From a virus (lineage: Duplodnaviria > Caudoviricetes), in the IMG/VR virus record IMGVR_UViG_3300020043_003642, positions 1-44,457 of that record: DNA of 44,457 nt; one strand, given 5' to 3'. Position 1 is the first letter of the stretch. Every line of letters starts with the position of its first letter. Shown here piece after piece: positions 7,964 through 16,044 of this stretch. The notes beneath the pieces were generated by a model. It had not been told where the DNA came from. It made no database searches and saw only the letters and a program-made list of their open reading frames with translations. A program made the position numbers and the translations under genes.

Positions 7964-8065
7964 ATGATAGATATTAATTGGGACTTAGTCCAAGCACTTT
8001 TCGTGATTGTAGCAATTATGGGTGTAATGTTCTTAGTGGGGAATTCTATCCGCAAAGATGATTAG
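7964..8065 (+). CDS. small membrane peptide, 33 aa (not in ORF track)
   Basis: GAGGAG RBS, MIDINWDLVQALFVIVAIMGVMFLVGNSIRKDD. Confidence 0.6.
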   Translation: MIDINWDLVQALFVIVAIMGVMFLVGNSIRKDD

Positions 8066-8526
8066 TTCCCTCTAAGCTTATCTTTTAACTTATCTACACG
8101 GGCGTTAAGCCTGCTCAAATCTTTAAGGTTGTCCTTGCGCTGAGCCTCAAGGGCAATCTTAACAGCCGCCTTAAAAGTATCGAAAGCGTGCACATCTAAC
8201 GCATTGACAGCCTCTTCAGCTTTAGCTCGAAGCCTATCTATCTCAACTAGGAGCTTATGCTCAACATTATCTATCTTACCTGACAGTATCTTATCTCCGG
8301 GTATGTGAGAGTTCTCGTGGAAGGACAAACTTAACTCTAACTGCTTAATATCATGTTTAAGTTCATTATACATCTGGGCATCTTTACTGTTAACTACATC
8401 AGACATAGTCTCAAGCTTTGAGTTAAGCTCAGCTATCTCTTTGTTTTTAATAGATAATTCTTCTTCTAAACTAGCGAGCTTTCTCTCTAGCTTAACAAAT
8501 CGCTCAGTCATTGCATCTAGCTTCAT
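8062..8526 (-). CDS. coiled-coil hypothetical protein
   Basis: heptad-rich, last gene of tail cassette. Confidence 0.7.
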   Translation of the reverse strand: MKLDAMTERFVKLERKLASLEEELSIKNKEIAELNSKLETMSDVVNSKDAQMYNELKHDIKQLELSLSFHENSHIPGDKILSGKIDNVEHKLLVEIDRLRAKAEEAVNALDVHAFDTFKAAVKIALEAQRKDNLKDLSRLNARVDKLKDKLRGN

Positions 8527-8548
8527 TTGAAATTCACTCTAAATAATA

Positions 8549-9517
8549 TTACCAACATTGTATTATGATATATCCAGGACCACCATTTCCACCACCCCCA
8601 GCTACAGAAGATGCACCGTTAGTGGCTCCGCCACCGCCGCCTCCACAGCCCCAAGCTCCGTCTCCACCTTTACCTCCAGTTGCAGCTGATGTGTTAGCAG
8701 TTCCACCGTTCCCACCATAACCAAATAGCTCTTGAGGGCTGTCTGAAACTAAATCTCCAAATAGAACTCCGTCTGTCCCAGCTGTACCTGCAGTACTAGA
8801 TTGGGTAGTTGAAGGGAAAGCCCCACCACCGCCTGTCATAACCCCACCTGCAAATACGGTAGTTCCAGCGTTGACACCACCTCCGCCAGCACCACCATTT
8901 GTAGGTTTACAACCTAGAGTAGTGTTACTTCCAGCAGCACCAGATCCTCCGCTAGCTCCAGCTCCACCTGCAATGAAAAGACAAGGGACAGTGTTAAATA
9001 CCCAACCGCTAGACGTATTAGCGACAGCTTCTGCTGCCCCGGCCGTAGTACCTGCTGTAGCTCCAGAACCTGCTGCTCCACCTGTTGCAGCGGTAGATCC
9101 TGAGCGAATTATTATCTCAGCTGATGCTGTAGCTGTAGGAGACACTAAAATCCTAGACATAGATCCGTTAGTTCCAGCAGTGCCTGCAGCGCCACCCTGT
9201 ACTTGACCTGTACCACCACGACCACCGCACCCAGGTTGGACATATAAATAGCTAGGTAGTAGCATAGCAGGACATATTGCAGAACTTATAGCCCCAGAAC
9301 CACCACCTCTACCTCCACCGCCAGCTGTAGCAGCAGCAGATGCACCACCGCCGCCACCTCCAGCACCGCCACCTACACATATCATCTGTATCATTTTAGC
9401 TGTGGGAGGTATTCTGAAGTGGTACTCTATGTTAGTGTTTGCAGAAGAGGATATCCCTCCTAGAAACAGGCCTCTCATATCAGATATAGAAGACGTTCTA
9501 TCATACATCTGGTACAT
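8549..9517 (-). CDS. glycine-rich tail-associated protein (start revised to ATG 9517)
   Basis: CVGGGAGGGGG...GGNGGPGYIIIQCW pattern; GGAG RBS. Confidence 0.7.
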   Translation of the reverse strand: MYQMYDRTSSISDMRGLFLGGISSSANTNIEYHFRIPPTAKMIQMICVGGGAGGGGGGASAAATAGGGGRGGGSGAISSAICPAMLLPSYLYVQPGCGGRGGTGQVQGGAAGTAGTNGSMSRILVSPTATASAEIIIRSGSTAATGGAAGSGATAGTTAGAAEAVANTSSGWVFNTVPCLFIAGGAGASGGSGAAGSNTTLGCKPTNGGAGGGGVNAGTTVFAGGVMTGGGGAFPSTTQSSTAGTAGTDGVLFGDLVSDSPQELFGYGGNGGTANTSAATGGKGGDGAWGCGGGGGGATNGASSVAGGGGNGGPGYIIIQCW

Positions 9518-9519
9518 GA

Positions 9520-9957
9520 TTAGTAGTCTCCACCTACAGCACAAACGTCCCAGTTAGTATTTGCAGCAACTGCCGTCACGCCCACATAGATTCTATATGA
9601 AGCAGGTAGTTGTATATTCAAAGACAATTCATACCCCATAGCGGGGGCTGTAGCGCCAGTATTAACAGCTGTAGCTGGGAGGAGGATTTCTTTGTATAAG
9701 ACGTTGTTAGTACCTGTAGCTACAGTCGATCCGTTATTGATGTATATTCTACCTGCTGCAGCAGACGTAGTAGTAGAGCCTGAAGTAGATCTAGGTTGGA
9801 AAACTAGCCTGCTTAAAAAAGACCCGTCTGTAGCGTCAGCAGTAAAAACTAAAACTACGTCAGCATCTGTACCGTCAGTGCTGCTATCTGCCGCTGAAAC
9901 CTTAGCCCAAGAAACCTTAGGAACGTTAGTGTATATAGGTGATGTATTAGCTGCCAT
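9520..9957 (-). CDS. virion structural protein (tail-fibre associated)
   Basis: MAANTSPIY...VGGDY, Ala/Thr-rich beta protein next to fibre gene. Confidence 0.6.
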   Translation of the reverse strand: MAANTSPIYTNVPKVSWAKVSAADSSTDGTDADVVLVFTADATDGSFLSRLVFQPRSTSGSTTTSAAAGRIYINNGSTVATGTNNVLYKEILLPATAVNTGATAPAMGYELSLNIQLPASYRIYVGVTAVAANTNWDVCAVGGDY

Positions 9958-9983
9958 TGTTTATGTACCTTAAAATATTATTA

Positions 9984-12638
9984 TCATGCTGAAAATTGAC
10001 CGATTACTATAGGGTACGCCAGTCCTATATCAAAACCACCTGCGGCTGGTGTAGTCCAAGACATGTTACCTGAGCCGTCAGTTGTAAGTACTTGGTTAGC
10101 GTCACCATCTGTATCAGGTAAAGTCAGGGTTATATTGCCCGCTAAAGACGCTGGGGCAGCTAACGTAATAGCACTGCCTCCATTATCCGTATCTTCAAAA
10201 AACCTTACTCTGGAAGACCCTAAAGCTGAGGACCCTAGATCTAAATTATAAGGGACCGCTATAGTAATATCGCCAGATACGCCGTCTCCGTTAGTGACAG
10301 TCAGTTGGTTAGATGTTACAGACCTTCCTGCAAAAGTGTCAGCAGCAGTTTGAACTAGGATACCGTTTGTATTATAGGCAGCTAGTGCAGTCAATGTAGC
10401 ATCTAGAGGCTGACCTGACACTGTAGTTAGTACTGTCCCAGTCTCAGCTGGTAATGTAACAGTGTAATCTGCCCCTAAAGAGCTAGGTGCGGTTACAGTT
10501 ACCTTATTAGTACCGTTATCTGTATCTTCACTGAAATATAAGGAGGCAGGCCCGGCAGCTGATGCAGCAGTCCACTCAGTCATCCCACTACCAGACGCTG
10601 TAATAGTAGTATCTGTTATAGTGAGGCCAGACCCCACTTCTAGCCAAGTTACAGCCCCTGCTGAATCGTCCCAAAACATTATTCTGTCAGCATTGGGGTC
10701 AGTCAGAGAAGCTCCAGTACCACCATCTGCTAATGAGACATCAGTCCCGTTCGAAACGTATATAGTCCCAGTTACACCCTGTAAAGTTTGAGTGTAGTTA
10801 GAGCTAATAAGTGTAGGGGCTATAATTGTAACGTAGTTAGTGCCACCTACTATCTCGTGGAAATCCATGGATCTGAAATTACCGATAGTAGCAGAAGGGC
10901 TATCGCCAACCAGCCCTTGCACAGTCACAGATCCGCCTACAGTTAAAGATGTGGATATTGAGGCATCGTCTACATATAAATTTTTAAATCTGAGTAAATT
11001 CGAACCTAAATTGTAAGTGTCGTCTGTGTCCGGTACTATACTAGCATTTACTGGATCAGACCAAGAGATCCCACCGCTACCGGCAGCCCAAGTCAAATTA
11101 CCAGAACCATCAGTCTGCAGAAACTGATCAGCATCTCCATCATTGGCTGGAAGCGTTAAAGTATAGTTAGCTGCCAAAGAGCTAGGTGCTTGAATTGTAA
11201 CAGTATTTGAGCCGTTGTCTGTATCTTCGTTAAACGTAATACTAGACGGCCCAGTAGCTGACGACCCTAAAATTAAATTGTATGGTATAGAAATGGTAGG
11301 GTTACCGCTAACACCGTCCCCATTGGTGACAGTAATCTGGTTAGCAGTACCTGTGATAGTGCGCCCAGTAAACGTGTCAGCAGCTGTCTGTGTAACTAAA
11401 CCGTTAGTGTTATATGAAGCTAGTGCACCTAACGTAGCATCGTAAGCTTGTACGTCAGTACCTATCTTAACACCTAATGTAGTGCGAGCTGTTGCAGCAT
11501 CGGCATCGTCTACCAGGGAAGCGCCAAATGAACTGACAGTAACTGAAGCTGCTGAGATATCTAATGTGCGGTCAGCGTCCCCAGTAGTGATAGTAATTGT
11601 GCGTTGAGCTGAAAGGTTAGACCCAGGTTTAACTATTAAGTTGTGCGAAGCATCAGTGTCCGCTATAGCAAGCCCAGTATTGTCCAGTGTAATAGAGTCT
11701 ATGTCAGTATTAGCGCCTGACTTAGCAGCACTTAAAGTCGCCCTACCGGCAGCGGCATCGACGTCATCTACTAACGATCTACCGAAAGCGGTGAAGTCAC
11801 CTAAAGCAGCAGTCCCTGACCCAGTGAAGTATGGGACCTTGTCAGCAGCCGAAGTCAGGCCTGCAAGGGCAGCCAGCTCAGCGTCGTAAGCTTGTACGTT
11901 AGTACCTATAACTAAGCCTAAGTTAGACCTAGCATTAGCAGCTGAGGATATGTCAGACAGGTCATTAGCCCCTGACATTAAAGTGCCAGATATACTAGGC
12001 AGTGTTACAGTGTAATTACTCGCTAAACTAGCAGCCGGCTGTAATAAAACGTAGTTTGAGCCGTTATCCGAATCCTCAAAAAACTTCAGGCTAGACTGAG
12101 CAACTGCACTAGAACCTAGCTCTAAGTTGTAAGGTATTGATAATGTTGGATTTCCTGATACACCATCACCATTAGTAACTGTAATCTGATTAGCTGTGCC
12201 AGTCAGTGTCCTCCCGGCAAACGTATCGGCTGCAGTTTGGACTAGGATACCGTTAGTGTTGTATAAGGCTAAGGCTGATAGGGTAGCGTCGTAGGCCTGT
12301 ACGTCAGTACCTATCGTGAGGCCTAACGTAGTGCGCATAGCGCTCTCAGAAGTGTCGTCCAGTAGTCCTCTAGCCGTAGAGGTCAAAGTCGTCGTGGTGG
12401 CCGTCCCAGAGCCTGTGAAGTAGGGTAGAGCGTCAGCCGCCGAAGTAGTGGTAGCTAAAGCAGTAAGCTCGGCGTCTAGAGGTTGATAGCCAGCACCAGC
12501 CTCTACAGAATTGTTAACCCACTTACCTGTAGCCGTATCGTACATCACCACTTCACCGTCTTGAGGGTTGGTGATAACCACATCCCCTAAAGCATCGATG
12601 CTGTGCTGACCTAAACCATTCTTAGTAACATCAACCAT
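9984..12638 (-). CDS. long tail fibre protein with internal repeats
   Basis: 884 aa Thr/Gly/Ala-rich; repeated GTDVQAYDA, VTNGDGVSG, EDxDNG..TLP, DG..Q.L.TDGSGN..W modules. Confidence 0.85.
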   Translation of the reverse strand: MVDVTKNGLGQHSIDALGDVVITNPQDGEVVMYDTATGKWVNNSVEAGAGYQPLDAELTALATTTSAADALPYFTGSGTATTTTLTSTARGLLDDTSESAMRTTLGLTIGTDVQAYDATLSALALYNTNGILVQTAADTFAGRTLTGTANQITVTNGDGVSGNPTLSIPYNLELGSSAVAQSSLKFFEDSDNGSNYVLLQPAASLASNYTVTLPSISGTLMSGANDLSDISSAANARSNLGLVIGTNVQAYDAELAALAGLTSAADKVPYFTGSGTAALGDFTAFGRSLVDDVDAAAGRATLSAAKSGANTDIDSITLDNTGLAIADTDASHNLIVKPGSNLSAQRTITITTGDADRTLDISAASVTVSSFGASLVDDADAATARTTLGVKIGTDVQAYDATLGALASYNTNGLVTQTAADTFTGRTITGTANQITVTNGDGVSGNPTISIPYNLILGSSATGPSSITFNEDTDNGSNTVTIQAPSSLAANYTLTLPANDGDADQFLQTDGSGNLTWAAGSGGISWSDPVNASIVPDTDDTYNLGSNLLRFKNLYVDDASISTSLTVGGSVTVQGLVGDSPSATIGNFRSMDFHEIVGGTNYVTIIAPTLISSNYTQTLQGVTGTIYVSNGTDVSLADGGTGASLTDPNADRIMFWDDSAGAVTWLEVGSGLTITDTTITASGSGMTEWTAASAAGPASLYFSEDTDNGTNKVTVTAPSSLGADYTVTLPAETGTVLTTVSGQPLDATLTALAAYNTNGILVQTAADTFAGRSVTSNQLTVTNGDGVSGDITIAVPYNLDLGSSALGSSRVRFFEDTDNGGSAITLAAPASLAGNITLTLPDTDGDANQVLTTDGSGNMSWTTPAAGGFDIGLAYPIVIGQFSA

Positions 12639-12674
12639 TTACGTATTATTCTTCTAATCAGTTTACAATAAAAT

Positions 12675-12736
12675 AGGTGAGGAGCGACCATGTTGCATGG
12701 CGTCTAGACGTACTATCGCCTAGAAGAACACTCCCC
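12675..12736 (-). ncRNA. candidate 62-nt three-way-junction RNA / structured leader
   Basis: GGGGAGUG/CGCUCCUC closing stem + ACCU, UCUAGGCG/CGUCUAGA and CCAUG/CAUGG arms; starts at predicted TSS. Confidence 0.45.
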
Positions 12737-12744
12737 TTAGAGCC

Positions 12745-12774
12745 ATAATAACATAAATAGCCAAGCAATGTCAA
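12745..12774 (-). promoter_or_regulatory. sigma70 promoter for tail-fibre cassette
   Basis: TTGACA-18bp-TATTAT with TGn extension. Confidence 0.6.
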
Positions 12775-12839
12775 GCAGTTAGTATGTGTAGCTGCACAGT
12801 TATGTAATATTACCCGAAATTAAACACCTGCTAACTACC

Positions 12840-12878
12840 ACTAACTATATAGTTAACTAAGAAGCCCAACCGGGCAAC
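12840..12878 (-). repeat. conserved 39-bp element, copy 2
   Basis: exact reverse complement of 675-713. Confidence 0.9.
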
Positions 12879-12887
12879 TGTAGGTTT

Positions 12888-12916
12888 AGTATAGCATAGA
12901 ACTATTCAACTGTCAA
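12888..12916 (-). promoter_or_regulatory. sigma70 promoter preceding element copy 2
   Basis: TTGACA-17bp-TATACT with TGn extension. Confidence 0.7.
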
Positions 12917-12929
12917 CATAAATATCTTG

Positions 12930-12958
12930 TTGACTAGTAACTTACTTGAATGTATATT
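12930..12958 (+). promoter_or_regulatory. divergent sigma70 promoter for ClpX/replication unit
   Basis: TTGACT-17bp-TATATT. Confidence 0.6.
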
Positions 12959-12986
12959 CGAACCAAGGATAGCTGAAGGAGAGAAT

Positions 12987-13292
12987 ATGAGCACCCACAC
13001 GATTAACGTGTACTGCAGGAACTGTTCTATATCTAGTAATAATCTAGACAGTGATACTGAGATCTGTAAAAGTTGTACATCAGCCTATGCATATTTCTGC
13101 AAGTTCAGAGAATACCAACAAGCTACAGGTAAGAGCTTGCTCGGACCGGAACCTCCAGGTAACCCTTTAGGCTTGAAATGGCCAAATAGTTTTAGACATC
13201 AAGATGAAATGAGAGTACAATACTTAAATACTAAGTTCGAATATAAGGGCCACATAAATTACTTCCCCAATAAAAATGAGGATGGTGAATAA
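12987..13292 (+). CDS. Cys-containing hypothetical protein (start revised to ATG 12987)
   Basis: AAGGAG RBS; CRNC...CKSC. Confidence 0.6.
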   Translation: MSTHTINVYCRNCSISSNNLDSDTEICKSCTSAYAYFCKFREYQQATGKSLLGPEPPGNPLGLKWPNSFRHQDEMRVQYLNTKFEYKGHINYFPNKNEDGE

Positions 13293-13294
13293 TT

Positions 13295-13513
13295 ATGGCA
13301 ATCCAATGGGTAGTGTATAACCACACGAAGGGCTACGAAGATATTAAAGTTTTCAAGAGTGAGCGAAGAGCTAAGAAGTATAGGAGCGACTGGTTAAAGT
13401 TAGAAAGTGAAGGACTGAACGAAGGTCAGGTAAGGCACTTGAAAGATAGTCAATTTAAGATTTACCGCTGTATCGTGTTGACTGATAGTCGTAAGGGCAA
13501 AAAAGATGAGTAG
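13295..13513 (+). CDS. hypothetical protein
   Basis: coupled ORF, basic. Confidence 0.6.
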   Translation: MAIQWVVYNHTKGYEDIKVFKSERRAKKYRSDWLKLESEGLNEGQVRHLKDSQFKIYRCIVLTDSRKGKKDE

Positions 13514-14573
13514 TATAAAATACCCACCAGAAATTTTCCAAGAGCTGGACAAGTACATTGTCGGGCAGAACGATTGTAAAGAAAGGCTATCAGTATTAGG
13601 GTATTTATTTTCATTGAAAGCTGCAATGATGACTCAAGGTAATACGCCTGTAGAGAATTTCCCAAGACTAAACTGTATGATCATAGGTCCTACAGGTAGT
13701 GGTAAGACTGAGATGTTGTACAGATTATCTAAGTGCTTAGACGTACCGTACAAGCGTGTAGATTGCACAACCTTAACACCACAAGGGTATAAAGGTATTA
13801 ACTTGGACGAAGCTATAGATAGCTTTATTGGAGAGCTTAAATTCTTCAAGACACCAGGCATCCTAGTCCTAGATGAGTTCGATAAGCTTGGGATGGGAGG
13901 CAGTGGCTCATCTGTAGAAGAGTTCAGAGTTCAGACACAGACTAACCTGCTGGACTTACTAGACGGCAGATACTCTGCTGACCCCAAGGCTTCACAGATT
14001 GAGTTAGAGTACTTGAACGGCAGTCTAATAGTGTTAGCAGGAGCTATCAACCACTTGTTTGACCCTGAACGAGAAAAAGAAAAGTTCTCACCAGGCTTCC
14101 TGTCTCAACCTATAAAGAACGAGGTAGATATAGATAAGTGGAGAGACTTACTGGTAGAAGAAGGAATCATGCCTGAGATAGTAGGACGCACAGTATCTAT
14201 ATGTAAAACTAATAGGCTTAACACAGAAGAAATATTAAATCTAATATACAGTAAAAGAAACTCTATCATGGAGAGATACTACAACATGTTGCCATACATA
14301 GAGTTTACATACGAAGAGACAAGACAGATTGCAAATGAGATTAACGATAGTAAGTTTGGTATTAGAGACTTAGAAGGTAAGTTCTTTGCTTTAGTCCAAA
14401 GTAAAATCTTAAACTCTACCGACTTAACGTATGTTGCCCCTAAAGTAGAGGAGCTGGAGAACCCCTTACTTATAGAGAAACAAAATTCGTTTGTAGACGA
14501 CGAAGATGAATGGGATGACTTAGATACAATAGAAGATTTAATTAACGAAGGTGGAGATATAGATGATAAATAA
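13506..14573 (+). CDS. ClpX/HslU-like AAA+ unfoldase lacking zinc-binding domain
   Basis: PPEIFQELDKYIVGQ, Walker A GPTGSGKT, pore loop GYKG, Walker B LVLDEFDKL, QTNLLDLLDG, GIMPEIVGR, GIRDL. Confidence 0.85.
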   Translation: MSSIKYPPEIFQELDKYIVGQNDCKERLSVLGYLFSLKAAMMTQGNTPVENFPRLNCMIIGPTGSGKTEMLYRLSKCLDVPYKRVDCTTLTPQGYKGINLDEAIDSFIGELKFFKTPGILVLDEFDKLGMGGSGSSVEEFRVQTQTNLLDLLDGRYSADPKASQIELEYLNGSLIVLAGAINHLFDPEREKEKFSPGFLSQPIKNEVDIDKWRDLLVEEGIMPEIVGRTVSICKTNRLNTEEILNLIYSKRNSIMERYYNMLPYIEFTYEETRQIANEINDSKFGIRDLEGKFFALVQSKILNSTDLTYVAPKVEELENPLLIEKQNSFVDDEDEWDDLDTIEDLINEGGDIDDK

Positions 14574-15153
14574 GTTAAAATATATACTATTGTTATTAGT
14601 ACTAAGCTCACAAGTAGCGCTAGCTAAAGACTACGAGGTATGGTTAGGTGAAAAGGATAGACCTACAGAACTCAATAGTAAACAGGTAGAAGAAGCTGTA
14701 AGCACTTTAGTTAAAGCTGACGTATCTGATACAGTTATAATTAACATCAACTCCCTAGGGGGATATAACTACTTAGGCAATGCAGTAATAGATGCTATTA
14801 AACACAGCAATGCTGTAGTAGTTACCAGATGTGTAGGCCAGTGTTTAAGTAACGGAGCATTCATAACTATGGCAGGAGACGATATAAGGATTAAACATGG
14901 GGCGCTATTGATGTTCCATATCTCGCAAGTACCATGCGCTAAAGGCACATGCGCTATAGGGAGAGAATATGTTAAGAAGTACCCTAAGTTCAAAGAAGCA
15001 TACGATTTAGATGTTAAGCTATTTAGAATGCTTGACTTGCATAAGATACTATTGCCAACTGAGTGGGAACAGCTTTTAAACGGTAGGAATGTATGGTTAA
15101 CACAGCTACAAATGAGAGATAGAATGAATAGATATTTTAGTAGAGGTAATTAA
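14563..15153 (+). CDS. ClpP-fold serine peptidase with signal peptide (paralog 2)
   Basis: ININSLGG, CVGQCLSNGAFITMAG, LLMFHIS; KLKYILLLLVLSSQVALA|KD. Confidence 0.8.
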   Translation: MINKLKYILLLLVLSSQVALAKDYEVWLGEKDRPTELNSKQVEEAVSTLVKADVSDTVIININSLGGYNYLGNAVIDAIKHSNAVVVTRCVGQCLSNGAFITMAGDDIRIKHGALLMFHISQVPCAKGTCAIGREYVKKYPKFKEAYDLDVKLFRMLDLHKILLPTEWEQLLNGRNVWLTQLQMRDRMNRYFSRGN

Positions 15154-15154
15154 T

Positions 15155-15304
15155 ATGTTAACACTGATGTATTTATGTATATTAGCTAGCCGCAGTTCAG
15201 ACTTAACTGGGATAAAACTGGTAGGCTTAGGTGGAATTCTAGTACTGGATATCATATGTGTCATGCAAACTGTAGATTACTTCTACCGCTTGACATTAGG
15301 ATAG
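15155..15304 (+). CDS. small hydrophobic protein, 49 aa (not in ORF track)
   Basis: AGAGG RBS, MLTLMYLCILASRSS... Confidence 0.45.
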   Translation: MLTLMYLCILASRSSDLTGIKLVGLGGILVLDIICVMQTVDYFYRLTLG

Positions 15305-15318
15305 CTCGATACTAGAAT
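15290..15318 (+). promoter_or_regulatory. sigma70 promoter for SSB/DNA polymerase
   Basis: TTGACA-17bp-TAGAAT. Confidence 0.7.
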
Positions 15319-15363
15319 GCAAGTGGGTAATAACCTAACTTATAAACAAGAGGAAACATAGAA

Positions 15364-15972
15364 ATGACAAGTACGACAACAATCCAAGAACTTAACCAAA
15401 CAGGCATGGTCACACCTTATGGCAAGATCAGATTCTTTGCAGTTACTCCAGTAGATGAGAAAGGAGCTGATGGTAAGTCTACAGGTAAGAAAGTATTAAA
15501 ACAGAAACTAGCTTTAGAGTTCGATGGTCAGGACCCTGAAGCAATTAAACTGCGAGACTGGATTGCAGCAACTAATGACTCACGAATTACAACAATTGTA
15601 AAAAACCCTGTCACTAAGAAACAAGAGATCCTACCTAACGACAACTATATCCTACAGTTCTATTGGGGATTAAAAGACGGCAAAGTAAATACTCAGATGG
15701 TCGACGAGAACAACGTAGAGTACGAAGCAATGCCTAGATTCCATACAGGAGACGGAGATACAGGGCTAGCGAGAGTAGCAGTCAAACTTGCTACAGCCAG
15801 CAAAGGAAGCAAATTCTTCCAAGCTGAGAAAAAAATCCAATTGAAGGACCTTAACATCAATCTAGACGGACCTAATAAGACGGCTAAGGCTGCTAAATAT
15901 AGTAACAACGGCGGTAGCTCAATTAGCTTACTGGAAGCAGCTATTGAAGCTGAGCACCGAGGTCAGGCCTAA
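15364..15972 (+). CDS. probable single-stranded DNA-binding protein
   Basis: TPYGKIRF start reminiscent of T7 gp2.5-like SSBs; directly upstream of polymerase; lacks acidic tail. Confidence 0.45.
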   Translation: MTSTTTIQELNQTGMVTPYGKIRFFAVTPVDEKGADGKSTGKKVLKQKLALEFDGQDPEAIKLRDWIAATNDSRITTIVKNPVTKKQEILPNDNYILQFYWGLKDGKVNTQMVDENNVEYEAMPRFHTGDGDTGLARVAVKLATASKGSKFFQAEKKIQLKDLNINLDGPNKTAKAAKYSNNGGSSISLLEAAIEAEHRGQA

Positions 15973-16044
15973 AGGGATATCAGCCAAGGACGGCACTAAT
16001 TTAATTGAAGGTAAACAATATTAAAAGATAAGGAATAACCTAAT

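Noticed and set aside
8871-11889. Plus-strand ORFs (8871, 9692, 10063, 11215, 11641)
   Set aside because: Pro/Ala/Val-rich antisense shadows of Gly/Thr-rich tail genes
9984-12638. Diversity-generating retroelement TR/VR pair among fibre repeats
   Set aside because: Repeats are in-frame protein modules with no evident adenine-specific pattern, and no RT gene is present
12675-12736. Canonical tRNA gene
   Set aside because: Only two internal arms, no TTC T-loop or D-loop consensus, ends ACCU
15983-15994. GCC-AAGGAC-GGC hairpin resembling a CsrA/RsmA site
   Set aside because: Single 3-bp stem; too weak to call
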